A DNA stretch of 64,000 bases from Octopus vulgaris (GCA_951406725.2 OX597827.1:77252001-77316000); one strand, 5' to 3'. Positions 44,001-59,290 are shown, counted from the stretch's first letter. Translations and numbers: made by a program. The notes: generated by a model not told the origin, from the sequence alone.

Positions 44001-44186
44001 CAACACATACAGAAACAAATGGTAGAGACGGAAAATGGAATCTACTAGAAACTTTATTGCTCACAACAATTGTTTTGACGCATCTTGCATCGATCCCTTG
44101 TGAACGGGATGCTGCACAACTGGTTGTGGTGCACCCCTCGGTGCAGAAATCCTTGTCAGGTGATGTGTTATAAGGGGTATCCCCGT

Positions 44187-44667
44187 TTAACCCTTTTGTT
44201 ACCAACGCAGCTGAAACCAACTCTGGCTCTGAGTAAAAAATGTCTTGTTTTCCTAAGTTTTGAATAAAAATCTTCCACCAAACCTTAGTCACAATTTATT
44301 TCCTAACACTAGCTTAATGATAATTAAATTATTTTACTAAATTCTTTGTTATATTTAAAATTAATTGAAAGAAACACAGAGCATCTCAACAGAAATACGG
44401 TAACGAAAGGGTTAAAATATATAATAGAGAAACAATTCTTAACCCTTTTGATACCAACCTGGCTGAAACAGATTCTGGCTCTGAGTACAAATGTCTTGTT
44501 TTCATAAGTTTTGAATTAAAATCTTCCTCGAAACCTTAGTCACAGTTTATGTTCCTAACACTAGCTGAATGATAACGAAGTTATTTTACTAAAATCTTTG
44601 TTATATTTAAAATTAATTGAAAGAAACACAGAGCATCTCAACAGAAATAGGGTAACAAAAGGGTTAA
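44187..44667. mobile_element. Same piggyBac-like MITE dimer, inverted
   Basis: Reverse complement of 2637-3106 including the spacer; TTAA-CCCTTT termini at 44187, 44415, 44439 and 44667. Confidence 0.85.
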
Positions 44668-45934
44668 TAAGCCCTGTTTTGCTAGGTTTTAATACAGCAT
44701 GCTGTTAGTGACAATATGACAGTAAGTAGGAATGGTGAGGGACGGATTCCATTATGACTTTAGACAAAAACAGGGACTAATTGAGAAAAAACAAAATGAA
44801 AAATTTTTTAAAAAACCTACAACAAAGTAAAACATTATTTACATTAGTACCCAGATATAGTTACTTCTGTACCCACACTAACTGTTCTGTGTACAAACAC
44901 ACTCTCATCCATATGCTGAGTTTAACTCAGCACACACACAGACGTATATGTATGTATGTATGTATATATATATGTGTGTGTATGTATGTATGTGTGTGTG
45001 CGTATGTGTGTGCATGTGTTTGCCCACCACCACTTGACAGCTGGTGTTGGTGTGTTTACATCTGCGAAATCTAGCAGTTCAGCAAAAGCGACTGATAGAA
45101 TAAGTACCAGGTTTAAAAAAAAATAGGTACTAAGGTTGATTAATTTGACTAAAAATTCTTCAAGGTGATGCCCCAGCATGGCCACATGCAAATGACTAAA
45201 ATAAGTAAAAGATATATTATCATCATCATTTAACGTCTATTGTCCATGCTGGCATGGGTTGGACGGTTTGACCAGGGCTGGTAAGCTGAGGGGTTGCACC
45301 AGACTCCAGTCTGATTTGGCATGGTTTCTACACCTGGGTGCCTTTCCTGACACCAACCATTCCAAGAGCGTAATGGGTGCTTTTATGTACCACTGGCACA
45401 GGTGCCAGTTGTGTGACACCAGTATCTGCCACAACTAAGATTTCACTTGACTTGATGGGTCTTCCTTCTCAAGCACAACATGTTGCTAAGGGTTTCAGCC
45501 ATTTGTCATTGCATCCGTGAGGCCCAACACTAGAAAGATGCTTTTTGCATGCCACTGGCACAGGTGCCACTTATGTGACACTGGCATATGCTGAGAACCC
45601 CTTTGGTCATGACTGACCATGGGATTGCACCTACAAAGTTAATCTCCTAGGCACACGTCCAGGCAAGGTTGTTTCATGGAAGACCAGCAGTCGCCCATGC
45701 ATACCATGCTTCCCCTCTCCACACCATTGATGTTATCCAAGGGAAAGGCAAAGGGGCCCTTACAGCTTGGCACCTGTGACATCACAACTCATTTCTACAG
45801 CTGAGTGAACTGGAGCAACATGAAATGAAGTGTCTTGCTCAAGAACTCAACATGCAGCCTGTTCCCAGATTCGAACTTACAACCTCACTATCGTTAGCTC
45901 AGTGCTCTAACCACTGAGCCATGCGCCTTCACTG

Positions 45935-45966
<32 letters not shown>

Positions 45967-47360
45967 CAAATGTACTCGATTGATAACTTTTACATCATTA
46001 CTCAGAATTTCAACAGAATCTCATTTTCTCAGACAAGTTTTCTTTTTCTTTTTTGCAGCCCATCCCTCATTTGCTGGGTCCAATGAAATAACGAAATAAA
46101 GAATCAGGAAAACCCTAACCGTGATGGGAAGGACATCCGGCTGCAGAGACTGAACTGAAAGGAGAAATAGAAGCAGCAGCAGCTCCTGATAACAAAGAGG
46201 CCATTTGTGATGATGACCTCTCCAACCCATGCCAGCACGGAAAATGGATATAAAATAGTGATGTTTATTTAGGAGGGTGGCGATGATTGTGGTGATGGTG
46301 GTGCTGTTGATGAAGTTGTGATGATGATTATGATGGTGATGATGATTATGATGGTGATGATGAAGGTTGTTATTATTGTGGTGGTGGTGGTGGTGATGAT
46401 GATGATGATGATGAACGAGAAAGAAACATTAAATGGCTGTGATAGTAGCTGCAATATTATATGTACAATAAAGCAGCTTTAGATATAAAGTTTTCCTGTA
46501 AACATCTTGAATATAAAAACAGAAACTTCTTCACTGTGTTTACACAGAAAGAAACTCAAACTTAAATCATGCAAACGTATCCCTGTAACAACCAGTGCAG
46601 CTAGGTCAGGGCAGTCTGCCCCGGGTAGCACTTTTGAAGTGGCACCACTCTTGGGTCTGCTGTAAGCAATATGTGCTTTTTGTGGGGTCTAGGGACAGCA
46701 AACAAAAGGGCTGCCCTGGGTGGCACACACTCTAGCTACGCTATTATTTGTAACTGCGAGATATGAATTAGAAACAAGCTAAATGTGGAAAGAGTGTTTG
46801 GGTTTGGATTTGTGACACTGGATAACTCGTAACTTTAGGTCAATAATGTATGACCTGCAAATGGAAAAAACCACTCAGGAAAGGGTGAAGAGATGCCTTT
46901 CTTCTGTCATCGTTTAACATCCACTTATTCATACTTGCATGGATCAGACAGAATTTGTTGTGGCAGATTTTCTACAGCTGGATGCCTTTCCAGATGCTGA
47001 CCTGCACTTGTTTCCAGGTGAAGGTAATATTTCCCCGTGACTGGATATGTTTCCATGGAAAGCCGGAAATGAACAACACCACTTGTATGATGGTGATGCT
47101 CATTTACAATCATCACATGATACAAAGGCAAGGGCACACACACACACACACACACACACAAGCATGCACATACATATTCTTTCATTCTTTTACTTGTCCC
47201 AGTCATTTTTGACTGTGGCCATGCTGGAGCACTGCCTTTAGTCAAACAAATCGACCCCAGGACTTATTCTTTGTTAGCCTAGTATTTATTCTATCAGTCT
47301 CTTTGGTGGAACCACTAAGTTACAGGGATGTAAACACACTAACACACAGACATACACGCA

Positions 47361-47397
<37 letters not shown>

Positions 47398-47992
47398 GCA
47401 ATGAGCTTCTTTCAGTTTCCGTCTATCAAATCTAGTCACAATGATTTGGTCAGCCCGGGGCTATAGTAGAATATAAGGGGTTTAATTTCCTTATGATCCA
47501 AATGAATAGGTATGCTGAGTAAGTGCTATAGTTGGTTGGCCATCAGGTTCCAAGATCACAGTTAAGGGTGGATCTGAGGATCCCTATTAGGGTTCTGTTA
47601 TAACAGGTATATATTAATATTAGAGGGAAAACCAACACCAGGCAGAACAAGTATCTGAAGTCATTTAGAATAATTTAATTGGGGTTAGGGGAATTTACCT
47701 TACCTTAATTAAATTCTAAATGACTTGAGAGACTCATTATGCATATATATACATATATATATATACACACACATATATATATATATATATACACACACAT
47801 ACATATATGCACACACACATACATACATATACACACACATATATATACATACACATATATACATACATATATACACATATACATACACACATACATATAT
47901 ACACACACACATATGCATACATACACACACATATGCATACATACACACACATACACATATATATACACTTACACACATATGTATATATTTAT

Positions 47993-48025
<33 letters not shown>

Positions 48026-48613
48026 CACACACACATATATACGCACACATACACACATATTCTTTTCTTTTATTCTTTGACTTGTTTCACTCATTTGACT
48101 GTAGCCATGCTGGAGCACTGCCTTGAAGTGCTTTAGTCAAACAAATCAACCCGAGGACTTATTTCTTAAGCCTAGTAATTATTCTATCAGTTTCTTTTGC
48201 TGAACCGTTAAGTTACAGGGGTATAAACACACCACCACCAGTCATCAAACGGTGATGGTGGGGATAAACACAGACACACACACACACAAACACACGCGTG
48301 ATGGTCTCTTTTCCGTTCCTGTCTACCAAATCCATTCCCAAGGCTTTGGTTGGCTCCAAACTATGGCAGAAGACACTTGGCCAAGGTGCCACACTGTGGG
48401 GCGGAAGCGAAGACTACAAGCCCGGGGAGCAAGTTCTTCAACCACACCTCCACACCTGCATATCTAGGTGCGTGTGTGTGTGTGTAATGTATACGATGGG
48501 AATGCCAATATCAGCTGCTGTTGGTATGATTAGAATGTTGTTTGCTTCAAATTGTTGAATGAAGAATACATTACAGAACAGAAAATCTACACACACACAG
48601 ACACACACACACA

Positions 48614-48732
<119 letters not shown>

Positions 48733-48781
48733 ACACACACACAGACACACACACACACAGACACACACACACACACACACA

Positions 48782-48828
<47 letters not shown>

Positions 48829-48847
48829 AGACAGACACACACACACA

Positions 48848-48891
<44 letters not shown>

Positions 48892-49375
48892 TTCATCATG
48901 CTTATTATGCTTACATGTGAACCTACACACATGTTGGCAAACATGCAATCACTCATGTTCTTTTATTCTTTCATTTGTTTCAGTCCTTTGACTGCGGCCA
49001 TGCTGGAGCATTGCCTTTTAGTCGAACAAATCGATCCCAGGACTTATTCCTTGTAAGCCTTGTACTCATTCTAACAGTCTCTCTTTTGCTGAACCGCTAG
49101 GCTGCAGGAACGTAAACACACCAACATCGGTTGTCAAGCGGTGGTGGGGGGACAAACACACACATACACACATATATATATATATATATATACCTTGGGC
49201 TTCCTTCAGTTTCCGTCTACCAAATCCACTCACAAGGCTTTGGTCGGCCCGAGGCTACAGTAGAAGACACTTACCCAAGGTGTCACACAGTGGGACTGAA
49301 CCCGGACCCATGTGGTTAGGAAGCAAGCTGCTTACACAAGTACATATAAACAGAGATCATACACACACACACACA

Positions 49376-49418
<43 letters not shown>

Positions 49419-49461
49419 ACACACACACACAGACACACAGACACACACACACACACACAGA

Positions 49462-49512
<51 letters not shown>

Positions 49513-50031
49513 ACACATATATTTCTTTTTTATTTCTTTTACTTGTTTCGGTCATTAGACTGTGGCCATGCTGGGGCACCGCCTTGAAGAACTTTGGTTG
49601 AACGAATCGACCCCAATATTTATTTTTAAAGCCTGATACTTATTCTGTTGACCTCTTTGCTGAGCCACTGAGTGATAGGGACACAAACAAACCATCACCA
49701 GTTGTCCAGCAGTGGTGGTAGGGGTGGTGGTGGTGGGGGGGGGGGGGGGTGAGGTGGGAGGTCAAACACAGACATAAAGAAACACCCACACACATGATGG
49801 GCTTCTTTCAGTTTCCATCAACTAAATCTACTCACAAGATTTTGGTCAGTCCCATGATATAGTAGACAACACCTGCCCAGAGTGCCACGCAGTGGGACTG
49901 AACCTGGACCCATGTGGTTGAGAAACAAACCTCTTACCACACACCCATGCAAGTTTAGTGTCTAAGAATTCCAAAATCAATATCTACATTCCAAGGATAG
50001 ATAAATATTAACAGAACCACAGGCCATCTGC

Positions 50032-50259
50032 TTAACCCTTTAGTGTTTAAACTGGCCATATCCGGCCCAAATATTCTAAATGTTTTATATTCAAACTGGC
50101 CATATCTTGCCTCTCACACCTAACCTACACTGACATTCTAAAAATAAACAATCACATCATTGAGACCTCAAAGCTATAACGTAATGCATGATTAATTCAA
50201 AACAATTTGAGTAAAAAAGTATTACATTTAATAGAGAAATTTGAACACCAAAGGGTTAA
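50032..50259. mobile_element. Second piggyBac-like MITE family (another copy at ~18415-18642)
   Basis: TTAACCCTTTAG...AAAGGGTTAA termini; internal ggccatatccggcccaaa shared by both copies. Confidence 0.75.
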
Positions 50260-50418
50260 AGTTGTCCCTCTTACAAACGGGAGCTAAAGAACAGAATGAA
50301 AGCCATTTCTTCAGCTAAGAAACTGCACTGACCACCTTAATTACTGGCTAGTACATCAGCCCTCACAAGCCCTCCACTCTCCACCAAGCATCAGTTCTTT
50401 GGCCCAAATGCCATTATC

Positions 50419-51134
50419 TTGATGATAACGATGATGATGATGAAGATGATGATGATGGAGATGATGATGATGATGACGATGAAGATGATGATGATGATGA
50501 TGAAGATGATGAAGATGATGAAGATGATGACGATGAAGATGATGATGATGATGATGACGATGATGATGATGACGATGACGGTGATGATGTTGATGATGAT
50601 GAAGATGATGATGATGATGATGATGATGAAGATGACGATGATGATGATGATGATGAAGATGATGATGATGATGATGATGAAGATGATGATGATGATGACG
50701 ATGACGATGATGATGATGAAGATGATGATGATGAAGATGATGATGAAGATGATGATGATGAAGATGATGATGAAGATGATGATGATGATGGTGATGATAA
50801 TGGTGATGATGATGATGATGATGATGACGATGATGATGAAGATGATGATGAAGATGATGATGAAGATGATGAAGATGATGATGATGATGAAGATGATGAT
50901 GATGATGATGATGATGAAGATGATGATGATGATGAAGATGATGATGATGATGATGATGATGAAGATGACGATGATGATGAAGATGATGATGATGAAGATG
51001 ATGATGATGATGGTGATGATGATGAAGATGATGATGATGAAGATGACGATGATGATGATGATGATGATGAAGATGATGAAGATGATGATGATGATGATGA
51101 AGATGACGATGATGATGAAGATGACGATGATGAA

Positions 51135-51179
<45 letters not shown>

Positions 51180-51221
51180 GATGATGATGATGATGATGAT
51201 GATGAAGATGATGATGATGAA

Positions 51222-51257
<36 letters not shown>

Positions 51258-51394
51258 GATGATGATGATGATGATGATGATGATGAAGATGATGATGATG
51301 ATGATGATGAAGATGATGATGATGACGATGATGATGATGAAGATGACGATGATGATGATGAAGATGATGAAGATGAAGATGATGATGATGATGG

Positions 51395-51425
<31 letters not shown>

Positions 51426-51480
51426 GATGACGATGATGATGAAGATGATGATGATGATGATGATGACGATGACGATGATG

Positions 51481-51512
<32 letters not shown>

Positions 51513-51528
51513 GATGATGATGAAGATG
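50419..51528 (+). repeat. ~1.1-kb (GAT)n microsatellite with GAA/GAC variants
   Basis: Direct reading. Confidence 0.95.
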
Positions 51529-52246
51529 TTAGCTGATCAGATTGTCCAATTTGTATTTATTCCCTCCTCCAGTCCATCATCTCTCACCAACACCCTTATT
51601 GTGCGTATGGGAGAGGGAGGGGCTTAGAGTGATCCATATTCCAAGTTCTTCACCACTTTCGTTATGTTTTGTGGCGTCTTATAATTAAGGAAGAAGGTTC
51701 TGTGACCCTAGTCCACCTTGGTTTATGGAATTTATAGCAACAATGATGTAAAGCATTATTATGATGATTTGACGTGTGTGTGTGTGTGTGTGTGCATGTG
51801 TGTATGTGTGTGTATGTGTGTGTGTATGTATGTATGTGTGTGGGTATGTGTATGTGTGTGTATGTGTGTGTGTATGTGTGAGTGTGTGTGTGTGTGTGTT
51901 AAAATGATATTCCTTGAAGGCAAGTGGTGATGATGATCATCGTGATGACGGTGACGATGGCAACAACTTTGATGATGATGATAAAGATGGTGGTGGTGAT
52001 GGTGATGATGACGATAATGATGAAGATGATGGTGGTAGTGATGTTGGAGATGATGATGATGATAATTATAAAGATTTTGATGATGATAGTAATGATGATG
52101 ATGATGGTGGTGGTAGTGGTGATGATGATGATTTTGATGATGAACATCTGAGTGAAGATAGTGATGATGATGATGGTGGTAGTGGTGGTGGTGGTAGTGA
52201 TAAGCAATGCCTCAAAAACCTATCATACATAATAACAGAGACAATA

Positions 52247-52278
<32 letters not shown>

Positions 52279-52565
52279 GATGATGATAATGATGACAGTG
52301 ATGATGTTTATGATAATAACATTTATGTTTGTGATAATAATATTAATAATATTGTTTATGATAACAACAACAGCAGAAATTTTGATGTTTTAAATAATTA
52401 TGATTAATGGTAATTTAATATCCGGATGTTTAAAAAAAACAGAATAACTGTATGAAAAGAAAAATGAGGATAAAAAACAATCTGGTACACAGCAAAACTG
52501 AGGAGTGTGGGCCTTAATGCCTTGTAGCATTCTGTCATAACCCCCTGACATACATGGACATGTGT

Positions 52566-52618
<53 letters not shown>

Positions 52619-52759
52619 TGTATGTGTGTGTACGTGTGTGTGTTAAAATGATATTCCTTGAAGGCAAGTTTAAGAATAGCAATGGAAGGTGTGACTGCGA
52701 GGAGAGTCAAAGTTATTGCGAAGATTGAGAGGCTTGGAATTTCACTACGTACATAGATA

Positions 52760-52794
<35 letters not shown>

Positions 52795-52858
52795 TACAAA
52801 GTAAGATCTATATACACACACACACACATAAGATATATACATATATGTCTATATATCT

Positions 52859-52902
<44 letters not shown>

Positions 52903-52973
52903 CATATACATACATATACATATATAAGATATATACATATATATGTCTATATATATCTTATATATCTATATAT

Positions 52974-53031
<58 letters not shown>

Positions 53032-53156
53032 TTTATATACACATACATATATATACGTATAATCAAAAATAAGCAACAAGAATGACTCCGGTAATTTGGT
53101 ACAATTGTTTTGCACTACAAAATTTACAAAATTCTGGTGCATCTAAATTGTTGCTG

Positions 53157-53205
<49 letters not shown>

Positions 53206-53624
53206 CATATAAAAGTTAAATAATGAAGATAAAAATTAATATTAATTAATTAATATCAATTTAAACCAGTGGCCTAGCATACTTAGAAAGTGTCTAAAGA
53301 CTATGAATTATATTACATATATGAATAAAAGGAATAACCACCTAGGTGGATTCTTAATATGCTAGAAGAAGTTGCCAAATCGTCTTACCAGGAGGAATAT
53401 GTTCTCAATATGTTTGCTGATATTTCTTGAGAACATATTCTTTGTAGTAAGGCAATCTGGCATCTTCTTCTAGCATATAAGGAATCCATCTTGGTGGTTA
53501 TTCCTGTTACATGTAAATATGTATATAATTATCTTTATATATGTGTGTGCGTGTATCTTATATATATATATATAATCTTATCCATCTGTCTGTCTATCTA
53601 TCTATCTATCAATCTATCTATCTA

Positions 53625-53673
<49 letters not shown>

Positions 53674-54030
53674 TCATCATCATCATCGTTTAACGTCTGT
53701 TTTCCATGCTGGCATAAGTTGGACGGTTCGACCGGGGTCTGGGAAGCCAAGAGGCTGCACCAGGCTCCAGTCTGATCTGGTAGCGTTTCTACAGCTGGAT
53801 GCCCTTCCTAATGCCAACTACTCTGTGAGTGTAGTGGGTGCTTTTTACGTGCCACCGGCACAGGTGCCAGAGAGGGTTGGCAACAGCCACAATTGGTTGG
53901 TGCTTTTTATGTGGCACCGGCATGGAAGCCAGTCAAGGCGGCGCTGGCATCGACCACATACGGATGGTGCATTTTACATGCCAACAGCACAGGTATCACA
54001 ACTACAATTTCCATTTGATTTTTTTTATGT

Positions 54031-54076
<46 letters not shown>

Positions 54077-54298
54077 ATATATTTTTTATCTTTTACTTGC
54101 TTCAGTCATTAGACTGTGGCCATGCTGGGGCAGCACCTTAAAGAAATTCTAATTGAATGAGTCGGCCCAGTACTTATTTTTCTTAAAGCCTGGTACTTAC
54201 TCTATCAGTCCCTATTGTCAAATCACCAAGTTACAGGGGATGTAAACACACCAACACCGATCGTCAAGCAGTGGAGGGGCACAAAGACACACATACAG

Positions 54299-54342
<44 letters not shown>

Positions 54343-54704
54343 GTGTATGTATGTGCGTGTGTGTGTGTATGTGTGTATATGTGTGAGTGTGTGTGTATGT
54401 GCGTGTGTGTGTGTGTGTGTATGTGTGTGTGTGTATGTGTGTGCGTGTGCGTATGTGTGTGTGTATGCGTGTGTGTGTGTATATGATAGGCTTCTTTCAG
54501 TTTCCGTCTACCAAATCCACTCACAAGGCTTTCGTTGGCCCAAAGCTATAGGAGAAGACACTTGCCCAAGGTGCCACGCAGTGGGACTGAACCCGGAACC
54601 ATGTGCTGGGAGCAAGCTTCTTACCACACAGCCCAGCCTGCACCTATGTACATATATATGCACACATAGGTATACATTATACATGCATACATATATACAC
54701 ACAC

Positions 54705-54741
<37 letters not shown>

Positions 54742-55289
54742 ACACACGTAACATTGGTACAAACATACCTATATGATTATAAACCATAAAGTATGCTACC
54801 CAAAACTTTGTAAGTGGGTCTGGTAGCTGGAAACTGAAAGAAGCCTCTTCTATATATAGGAGTGGCTGTGTGGTAAGTAGCTTGCTTACCAACCACATGG
54901 TTCCGGGTTCAGTCCTACTGCATGGCACCTTGGGCAAGTGTCTTCTACATTAGCCTCAGGCCAACCAAAGCCTTGTGAGTGGATTTGATAGATGGAAACT
55001 GAAAGAAGCCCATTGCATGTATATATATGTGTGTGTGTGGGCATGTCTGTGTGTGTGTGTTTGTCCCCCTAACATCGCTTGACAACCGATGTTGGTGTGT
55101 TTACATCCCCATAACTTAGTGGTTCGGCAAAAGAGACCGATAGAATAAGGACTAGGCTTACAAAGAATAAGCTCTGGGATTGATTTGCTCGACTAAAGGC
55201 AGTACTCCAGCATGGCCACAGTCAAATTAGTGAAACAAGTATAAGAATATATATATATATATATCTCTATATATATATATATATATATA

Positions 55290-55688
55290 TCTTTATATAT
55301 AAAAGTGAAGTTGTGTGTCTGTCTCCTACGATTTAGATTCCTAACTACTCCCACATTTTGGGGTGCAGTTTAACCAAAACCGAGTATCTTATAGTCGTGA
55401 TTCATATCGAGCCCTTCTGGGTATTAGCGCGCGTCTACGATGAGTCTACAATTTAAAAAAAAAATTTACCATCATTTATTTCCATTTTAATGCATTTTTT
55501 CGCTATTATATAAGGGAAGTAACTCTCTAAAAATGTCTACGATGAGTCAACGATTTAAAAAAAAAATTTACCATAATTTTTTTTCCATTTTTAATGCATT
55601 TTTTGCTATTTTTTGGCTATAACTCTCTAAAAATGCTTATATAGTTATTTCCCTTACAAACCCGAGCAACGCTGGGCGATACTGCTAG
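55290..55688 (+). mobile_element. Non-autonomous Helitron
   Basis: Inserted at A|T; 5' TC; 3' GC-rich hairpin ccc-gagcaacgct-ggg followed by CTAG; carries an internal duplication. Confidence 0.85.
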
Positions 55689-55907
55689 TATATATATATA
55701 ATGAGGAGAGAAATTGATATTAATCAATTAAAACCAGTGGCTTAGAATATTTAAAAAATCTGAAGATAAAAAATTATATTACATAGAAAATTAAGAACAA
55801 TGACCACCAAAGTGGACTCCTAATATGCTAAATATAGACATCTATATTTAGCATATTAGGAGTCTACTCTGGTGGTCATTCCTCTTAACTTTGTATATAT
55901 ATATATA

Positions 55908-55963
<56 letters not shown>

Positions 55964-56415
55964 CTGAATTTTCAGATTTTTCTATATGCTAGGCTACTGG
56001 TTTTAAATTGATGTTAATTAAATTAATATTCAACCTATCACCCTCATTATTTAAATTTAAATACACACACAAAATTTTTATTTGTTTCAGTGAACAAACT
56101 GTGACCTTATGTGTGTGTATGAAGGGGTGTGGCATAGTGGTTAGGGTGTTGCCCTCACAGTCAAGTGACCGTGTGTTCAATTTCTAACCAAGTGGCATGT
56201 TGTGTTCTTGAGCGAAACATTTCATTTCATATCACTTCAGTCCACTCAGCTGTAAACAGATCACCCTCCTATGACAGACAGGCCTTCTGACCAAGATGAA
56301 TTTGGCCTGCTTGACTAGGCAGCAAGGAGGCATCATTTGAAAGCTAGAACAATATGAAGCGCATGGTGACCAGTGATGTATAACCACATCTGATAGTCTG
56401 GTCAATCATACGATA

Positions 56416-56708
56416 TCTTTATATATAAAAGTAAGGTTGTGTGTCTGTCTCCTACGATTTAGATTCCTAACTACTCCCACATTTTGCAGTGCAGTTTAAC
56501 CAAAACAGGGTATCTTATAGACGTGATTCATATCGAACCCTTCTGGGTATTAGCGTGCGTCTACGATGAGTTTACGATTTTAAAAATATTTACCATCATT
56601 TTTTTCCATTTTAATGCATTTTTTGCTATTTTTTGGCTATAACTCTCTAAAAATGCTTATATAGTTATTTCCCTTACAAACCCGAGCAACGCCGGGCGAT
56701 ACTGCTAG
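56416..56708 (+). mobile_element. Non-autonomous Helitron, second copy
   Basis: a|TCtttatatataaaagt...cccgagcaacgccgggcgatactgCTAG|t. Confidence 0.87.
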
Positions 56709-57820
56709 TTTACATATAAATGTAAATGTTCTCCTCATCCTTATCATTTAACGTCCATCTTTCCTGCTGGCATGGGTTGGGCAGTTTGGCAGGGCCTGTT
56801 GGGTCCATGGTGTCTATGGATGGGTGCCCTTCGTAATGCCAACCCCTCTACAGCAAGTAGCGAGCATCTAATGGGATTGCCATGTAGCTCCCAAGACTAT
56901 GAAACCGGGGACAGGGTGTGGGGATAGCAATGGCTTTTTGCTAGGAGACGAGGGGTTAAATTGTGGGGAGGGTAGAGTGGGATCTTGCTTTAGAAGAGCT
57001 ACAGGGCTTTAGAAGAAAAGGTAACCCTTTTAGAAGAAAAGGGTCAGTAAGGTCTACAAAGAGATAAATATAAATCTATAGGTTGCAAGGTTTGAGATCT
57101 TGGTGGGAAGAGGGTGGGTGGGTGGGTGGGGGCTGGTCGATTACATTGTCCTCCCACCTCTCCCAATATTGAACTGGTATTTATTTCATTGACCCTGAAA
57201 GAATGAAAAGCAAACTCGACATCAGTGGGATTTGAACTTGGAACATATAGACAAAGGGTGCTGAAGTTCCCAGGTGGTTCCTCAAGGTATAAGGTGAGAA
57301 GAATTGCGAGATGAGAAGGAAACTGGGAGTGTTTAGCTGTTTGCAAGAGTGTATGGGGGGAGCAAGGAAGAGATGGGTAGGGTTGAAGGGTGGTTGGAAG
57401 GAGTGGCGGATAAGGGGTGTGGAATGACCAATGGTGCATGAGTTAGTAAGGGGGAGGGAGGAGGGATGCAGAGGGGGAGGGAGGAGGGATGCAGAGGGGG
57501 AGAGAGAGAGAGCAGCAGGAGAGTAATGATGATACAGTTGACAACAGGGAGGATAAGAGAGAGAGAGGGGGGGGAGGCAGGTGTAATGCACAAGGAGAGA
57601 TAATTCGATAGTTCAGAGGGAGGTGGAAAGATCAATGTAACATGTGGGTGGAGAGTGAGCAATACTACTGGATGGAGAATGGTTAACAAGTCAAATGGTT
57701 CCGGGTAGCAAGAATGAAGTAAAGCGGTATCAAAGGACCACTCCAATGAGAAAGAAGATGGAAGTGGGAGAGAATGGGGGGGCTTTAGATATGAGGAGGA
57801 GATTGGAAACGGTACCCATT

Positions 57821-57941
<121 letters not shown>

Positions 57942-58122
57942 TATACTTTATTTAAAGCAGCAGAAAATTCAACAAAACCTGTTACTCTGAGTTTCCCGTT
58001 GCCGAAACTCAGAGTAACAGGTTTTGTTGAATTTTCTGCTGCTTTAAATAAAGCATATTACTCTACCACTGGTATTTGAGTACTCTTTTTTCCACCTTGT
58101 TTCACATTTATGTGTTTACTCC

Positions 58123-58206
<84 letters not shown>

Positions 58207-59116
58207 AAAAAATGGAAAGTTCTTGGCATAGTATTATTTATTTGAAGAAATAAATAACAATGGCCTTTCTGATGATTTTTCCACTTTAATAATTAGATGT
58301 TTATAAACATCTAATTATCAAAGTGGAAAAATTATCAGAAAATCCATCCACTTGAGTTTTTCAAACACACACACACACACACACACACACAGTGCTTCGA
58401 GAAGTCCGTTTTGCAGTTTGCTGAGTTGCGTAGGTCTTCTTGAGAACATTGTGTCTCCAGACATAGCGATCTTTTGTCATATCCTCTGTGAGGCTTAGGG
58501 GTCTTAGGTCACTCCTATATATACATGTGTGTGTGTCCTAGTCATGACATCACACAACAGTCGCAAGCAAGGGGTGTCATTCATGTTCAGTTTTTCCGTG
58601 GAAACATGTCTGGCCGAGGATGGTGGTGGGGGGTGGGGATGGAGGAGGGAATATTCGACTCGCTTGGAGAGTGGTGAGGGTTGGTGATAGGACGGGCAAG
58701 CGGCCATAGTAAGATCTGCTTCAATGAATTCCATCAGAGTCAGGCAAGAATGGAAAAGTGCAGAGAAACAACGATGATGACGATGACGACGACGACAATG
58801 ATGATGTATGGATATAATTGTAAATATATATATAACAGGTATATGTGTGTGTGTGTGTGTGTGTGTGGAGAAATATAGGTATTTCTTTGTCATGAATAAC
58901 TGGGCAGAAGTCAAGGAGGGACTCAAAGGCTGAGAGTTTCGTGCATCGACACTTATTGACATGTGCAACTGCACGAAACTTTTCGACTTTGAGTCATTCT
59001 TTAACTTCTGGTGGTTATAAATACTATAATATATATATATGTATGCTTGTATATATATATATATATATATGATGATGATGATATATATATATATATACAT
59101 ATATCATCATTATCAT

Positions 59117-59164
<48 letters not shown>

Positions 59165-59241
59165 ATATGATGATGATATATGTATAGATATATATACTTA
59201 CATTTATATGCTTATACATACATACATACATATATATATGA

Positions 59242-59273
<32 letters not shown>

Positions 59274-59290
59274 ATGTATATATGATGATG

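Noticed and set aside
50419-51627. 402-aa poly-Met/Lys ORF
   Set aside because: Translation of a (GAT)n microsatellite.
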